DNA from: Deltaproteobacteria bacterium
GTDB lineage: Bacteria; Myxococcota; JACRCW01
NCBI GenBank assembly: GCA_016218805.1
Contig: JACRCW010000169.1
Location: forward strand, 62,001 to 103,268
Direction: 5' to 3'
DNA length: 41,268 bases
Shown: positions 37,311 through 41,268 of the stretch, piece after piece
How positions within the stretch are numbered: the stretch's first letter is position 1
Layout of the letters: every line of letters begins with the position of its first letter
Program-made: the position numbers and the translations under genes
The notes under the pieces: generated by a model
Database searches by the model: none
Told to the model about the DNA's origin: nothing
The model's input: only the letters and a program-made list of their open reading frames with translations

Positions 37311-37846
37311 GGCGTTCCCCCCGGCGGCGTTTCGTCCAGGCCCGGCGTGGTCTCCCGCCCCTCAAACGCCTCCTCAAACTTGCTCCGCGTCACCTGCCCG
37401 CACGCATCAGACTGGTAGGCGCGGTCCTGCTGCGTCCCGTGCATCCGGACGCGCTGGTGCTCATGCAGGCGCGGCAGCGTGGGCACAAAGTCCGTGTCCA
37501 GCGAGAACTTCACGTTGTGCTCCGTCTCCTTGATGCACCCGCCGGTGTTGGTGGACGTGAACGCTCGCGCAAAGTGCCATTGCGCGCGTTCAACGCGGCC
37601 GGGCAGCGCGCGCCCGGTGTCGTCGTACAGGACAAACTCGGACGGGCCGCGCTGCTCCAGGTACCAGGTGACCGTGCGGCTGCGGCCCGCAAACGTGCTG
37701 CTGTCATCACACAGCTGCGGGATGAGCCCGGCGGGATGGCAGTTGCGGACCGTGCGGATGGTCAGCTCAAAGCTCCGGATCTGCCCGCCGCCGCAGGACA
37801 CGGCGGCCAGCAGCACCAACAGCGCGGGACCGGTCCGGGAACCCAT
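37307..37846 (-). CDS. Hypothetical lipoprotein (paralogue 1)
   Basis: Signal peptide ending AVSC; four further Cys. Confidence 0.72.
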   Translation of the reverse strand: MGSRTGPALLVLLAAVSCGGGQIRSFELTIRTVRNCHPAGLIPQLCDDSSTFAGRSRTVTWYLEQRGPSEFVLYDDTGRALPGRVERAQWHFARAFTSTNTGGCIKETEHNVKFSLDTDFVPTLPRLHEHQRVRMHGTQQDRAYQSDACGQVTRSKFEEAFEGRETTPGLDETPPGGTP

Positions 37847-37950
37847 GGGCCGCGCAGGCTAGCGCAAAAGGCCGCGCGCACAAGCTACCCGCGGCTTGAC
37901 GTCGCCACGGGGCGGGGCGAGGGTGCCCGCCCTTCCGCCAGGAGCACCCC

Positions 37951-39315
37951 ATGCAGCTCAAGCCGCACATCTTCCGCGAGTACGACATCCGTGGCGTCCA
38001 CCAGGTGGATCTGGACGAAGAAGTCGCCCAGCTCATTGGCCGCTCCTACGCGACGTTCTTCCGCAACAAGGGCGGCACCGGGAAGCTCATGGTGGGCCGG
38101 GACATGCGGCTGTCGTCGCCGTCATTGCACGGTGCGCTGGTGCGCGGGCTGCTCAAGGGCGGCATGGAGGTGGTGGACATTGGCATGGTGGCCACCCCGG
38201 TGCAGTACTTTGCCATCCACCACGCGGACGCGGCGGGCGGCATCCAGGTCACCGGGTCCCACAATCCGCCGGACCACAACGGGTTCAAGATCAGCTTCGG
38301 CAAGGCCACGCTCCACGGGCATGAGATCCAGGAGATGCTGCGGATCGCCACGGCGGGGAAGTTTGCGGAGGGCGAGGGGACGCTGGAGCACATGGACCTG
38401 ACCGACGCCTACCTCACCGCGCTGCAGGCGCGGCTGCGCCCGCTCAAGCGGCGGCTGCGCGTCGTGGTGGACGGAGGCAACGGCATGGGCGGGCCGTACG
38501 CGTGCCGGCTGCTGGAGACGCTGGGCTGCACGGTGATCCGCCAGTTCATTGAGCCGGACGGCACCTTCCCCAACCACCACGCGGACCCCACGGTGGAGAA
38601 GAACGTGGAGCCGCTCATCGCCCGCGTGCGGCAGGAGAAGGCGGACCTGGGCATTGCGTTTGACGGCGACGCGGACCGCATTGGCGTGGTGGACAACCAG
38701 GGCAGCATCCTGTGGGGTGACAAGCTGATGGTGCTGTACAGCCGCAGCGTGCTGGCTGAGGTCCCGGGCGCAGCCATTGTGGGCGAGGTGAAGTGCAGCC
38801 AGACGCTGTACGACGACATTGCGAAGCACGGCGGCCGGCCCATCATGTGGAAAGCCGGTCACAGCCTCATCAAGGCCAAGATGAAGGAGGTGGACGCGCA
38901 GCTGGGCGGCGAAATGAGCGGCCACATCTTCTTCCGCCACCGCTTCTACGGCTTTGACGACGCCATCTACGCCGCGGGCCGGCTGGTGGAGCTGATGGCC
39001 AATGACAAGCGCTCGCTCACCGAGATGCTGGCGGACGTGCCGGTGACCTACGCCACGGCGGAACTGCGCGCGGACTGCCCGGAGGATCTCAAGTTCCGCC
39101 TGGTGGCCAAGTGCGTGGAGCACTTCAAGAAGAAGCACCAAGTGGTGGACGTGGACGGCGTGCGCGTCATCTTCAAGGACGGCTGGGGACTCATCCGCGC
39201 ATCCAACACGCAGCCCATCCTGGTGCTGCGTTTTGAGGCGCAGAGCCCCGAGCGCCGCGACGAGATTCGCGCGTACATGGAAGGGGAGCTGGCCACGCTG
39301 CGCGCGCAGCTGTGA
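37951..39315 (+). CDS. algC: Phosphomannomutase/phosphoglucomutase
   Basis: IFREYDIRG, TGSHNP, FDGDADR, GEMSGH, RASNTQP. Confidence 0.93.
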   Translation: MQLKPHIFREYDIRGVHQVDLDEEVAQLIGRSYATFFRNKGGTGKLMVGRDMRLSSPSLHGALVRGLLKGGMEVVDIGMVATPVQYFAIHHADAAGGIQVTGSHNPPDHNGFKISFGKATLHGHEIQEMLRIATAGKFAEGEGTLEHMDLTDAYLTALQARLRPLKRRLRVVVDGGNGMGGPYACRLLETLGCTVIRQFIEPDGTFPNHHADPTVEKNVEPLIARVRQEKADLGIAFDGDADRIGVVDNQGSILWGDKLMVLYSRSVLAEVPGAAIVGEVKCSQTLYDDIAKHGGRPIMWKAGHSLIKAKMKEVDAQLGGEMSGHIFFRHRFYGFDDAIYAAGRLVELMANDKRSLTEMLADVPVTYATAELRADCPEDLKFRLVAKCVEHFKKKHQVVDVDGVRVIFKDGWGLIRASNTQPILVLRFEAQSPERRDEIRAYMEGELATLRAQL

Positions 39316-39316
39316 G

Positions 39317-39889
39317 TCACGGCAGGTCGGCGTACAGCTCGCGCAACGGCAGTGTCACTTCCAGCGCGGCGAGTTCGACGACCGCGTCCTCACCCTGCAC
39401 CACCACGCAGGGCCACGCCTCCCCGCGGACGCGCGAGTACACCTCAACCAGCGGGCGGTCCTGCGACAAGAGCACGTAGTGCCGCAGTGACGGGATGGCC
39501 CGGTACGCCAGTGATTTCTCACCGCGGTCAAAGGCTTCGGTTGACGGCGACAGGACTTCGAAGATGGCCGTGGGATTGAGCAGCGTGTCCGTGGGGCCGG
39601 GCTCATGGAACACGGGCTGGCCGCAGACCACCGATACGTCCGGATAGGTGACCAGGCCCGATGGAGCTGACAGCACGCGGAGGTCATTGCCACAGGGCTG
39701 GCACGGCTTGCCGCGGAGCCGCAGCTGCACCGCGCCCACGACGTTGGCCGCGATCCGTGAGTGGCGGAACGTAGCGCCGGTCATGGCGTACACCTCACCC
39801 TCCACCAGTTCGCTCTTCTGCGCGGCGGAGCGCTCCAGCTGCAGGTACTCATCGACGGTGAAACGGCGTCGGACGCGGCCGGTGACCAT
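39317..39889 (-). CDS. Uma2-family (PD-(D/E)xK) endonuclease-like protein
   Basis: TVDEYL..E, ELVEGEVYAM.G, YPDVSVVC, EVLSPSTE..DRGEK..Y..IPSL..YVL. Alternative start at 39916. Confidence 0.9.
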   Translation of the reverse strand: MVTGRVRRRFTVDEYLQLERSAAQKSELVEGEVYAMTGATFRHSRIAANVVGAVQLRLRGKPCQPCGNDLRVLSAPSGLVTYPDVSVVCGQPVFHEPGPTDTLLNPTAIFEVLSPSTEAFDRGEKSLAYRAIPSLRHYVLLSQDRPLVEVYSRVRGEAWPCVVVQGEDAVVELAALEVTLPLRELYADLP

Positions 39890-39969
39890 GGGCGGGATGT
39901 TAGGCGAGCCGCGCATGGGACGCCACGCGGCTCCACAACGGCCCCGCGCTCTGCTAACGGTCAGCGGTC

Positions 39970-41082
39970 ATGACGCGCATCGGGCAGCCACATCCCAGTG
40001 CACCCGCCGACCCGGTGGCGCGCCGCCTCGGCGTGGAGGCGGACCGCAAGGGCAACGCGGATGGCGTGGCATCCCGCGCGGAGCTGGACGGACTCGCGCG
40101 CAGCATGCAGGTCAAGCCCGGCGCCGCGTGGGACGTGGATGCGGCCCAGCGCGCAGCCACCGCCAAGACGCTCGCCGCTGAGACAAAGTCCGTCGCCACG
40201 CTGGACCCCGAGCTGCGCGCCATGCCGCCCGCGCTGCGGCGCCTGGCGCTGGAGTTGGACGGCATCTGGGGCAACGCGGACGGCAAGGTCACCCCCGCTG
40301 AGGTGGACCGCGTGGCGCGCTACTACCTGTCCGCGCTGCCGTTCTTCTCCGCGGATGCGCGTTCGCTGCTGGAACTCGCGCAGTACCTGAAGCTTGACGT
40401 TGCGGCCGCGCCCGTCCGCAACGTGGTGGACCTGCGCGCCGCGTTGTCTCGGGTGGACCGCAAAGAGGAAACCGCGGCCAAGCCATTCCGCGCGTTGTTT
40501 GATGAAGCGGTAGCCCAGGCGGAGGTGCCCGGTGCGCCGGAGTTGCTGCGGGACACGCTGCGGCACAGCCCGCGCTGGCACCGCCTGTCCATCCTGGAGC
40601 ATTCCGCCGTGGCCGTGGACGCAGCGCGTGAGCTGAGCGCGCGTGCGGGCGTGGACTGGAAGGCCGCGGGCGCCACCATGCTCCTGCATGACGTGGGCAA
40701 GATCCTGGAGCGGCAGGTGCGCGACGGTGCACACTTCACCTTCTGGGACCACGAGGAACTGGGCGCGCAGTGGCTGCAGGACAAGGGCGTGGACGCGGAG
40801 ATGTTCTTCCTCATCCAGAACCACTCCGTGCTGCGCGAGCTGACCGTTGACGAGCTGGAAGCCCGGTGCGGCGGCGACAGGACGCGCATGGCCCGGCTGG
40901 CGGTGGTGTACGTCGCTGACCAGGTGGCCAAAGGCGACACGCCGGACCAACTGCAGAGCCTGGCGCAACAGGAACCCAAGATCCGCGAGTTTGCCCGGCG
41001 CGCCGGCGTGGATGCTGACGCGCTGTTCCGCGGCGCGGCCCAACTGCGCGCACGCTGGTTTCCCGGTGCACCCCCGTCGTGA
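39970..41082 (+). CDS. HD-domain phosphohydrolase with EF-hand-like N-terminal motifs
   Basis: H....LEHS, LLHDVGK, HEELGA, NH, AD. Two GNADG-containing loops at the N-terminus. Confidence 0.75.
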   Translation: MTRIGQPHPSAPADPVARRLGVEADRKGNADGVASRAELDGLARSMQVKPGAAWDVDAAQRAATAKTLAAETKSVATLDPELRAMPPALRRLALELDGIWGNADGKVTPAEVDRVARYYLSALPFFSADARSLLELAQYLKLDVAAAPVRNVVDLRAALSRVDRKEETAAKPFRALFDEAVAQAEVPGAPELLRDTLRHSPRWHRLSILEHSAVAVDAARELSARAGVDWKAAGATMLLHDVGKILERQVRDGAHFTFWDHEELGAQWLQDKGVDAEMFFLIQNHSVLRELTVDELEARCGGDRTRMARLAVVYVADQVAKGDTPDQLQSLAQQEPKIREFARRAGVDADALFRGAAQLRARWFPGAPPS

Positions 41083-41268
41083 AAGCGCTCTGGCTCCGCA
41101 CTGCGGCATTCGGTTGAGGGCCGGTGCCGGGCCTCGGTTGAGGCACCGCCCTCGCGCCCGTGCTGGCGCGACTGACCTCTCTCCCCGGCGTGCGGGATGT
41201 CCGCGTGGACGCGTCTGCGCGGCACTTCCGCATCCGTGCGGATGACGGCACGGACGACGCAGTGGTGT

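Overview
High-GC bacterial chromosomal DNA. Three Hanks-type Ser/Thr kinases, an MshEN domain, Ser/Gly-rich lipoproteins and an orphan type III export gene suggest a Myxococcota-like organism (inference). The window has two parts. (1) About 1-8200 is the right end of an accessory anti-phage island. It holds Lamassu/ABC-three-component LmuC-like and LmuB-like genes (the effector gene must lie left of the window), an XRE-HTH+HNH pair with its own promoter/operator, an AlbA_2(Schlafen)-HATPase protein, an Abi_C/HEPN protein, and a chimeric pseudogene joining the start of a large DEAD/DEAH helicase to the end of an Eco57I/DrmMI-like methylase. (2) About 8300-41268 looks like host backbone: TruC-like synthase, HEAT protein, O-antigen ligase, pfkA, fadN-like/thiolase, NUDT9-like Nudix, orphan FlhB/SctU, HupE/UreJ, CesT-like+pspA, kinases, M14 peptidase, lamin-tail lipoprotein, moeA, adenylate cyclase, hprK, ROK kinase, three paralogous lipoproteins, PMM/PGM, Uma2 and an HD protein. 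Non-coding structure includes an inverted REP-like doublet, a 13-unit ~21-bp tandem array, and strong TCGA avoidance in the backbone but not in the Lamassu genes. I saw no tRNA, rRNA, CRISPR array or integrase. All family calls come from motif recognition by eye, not database searches.
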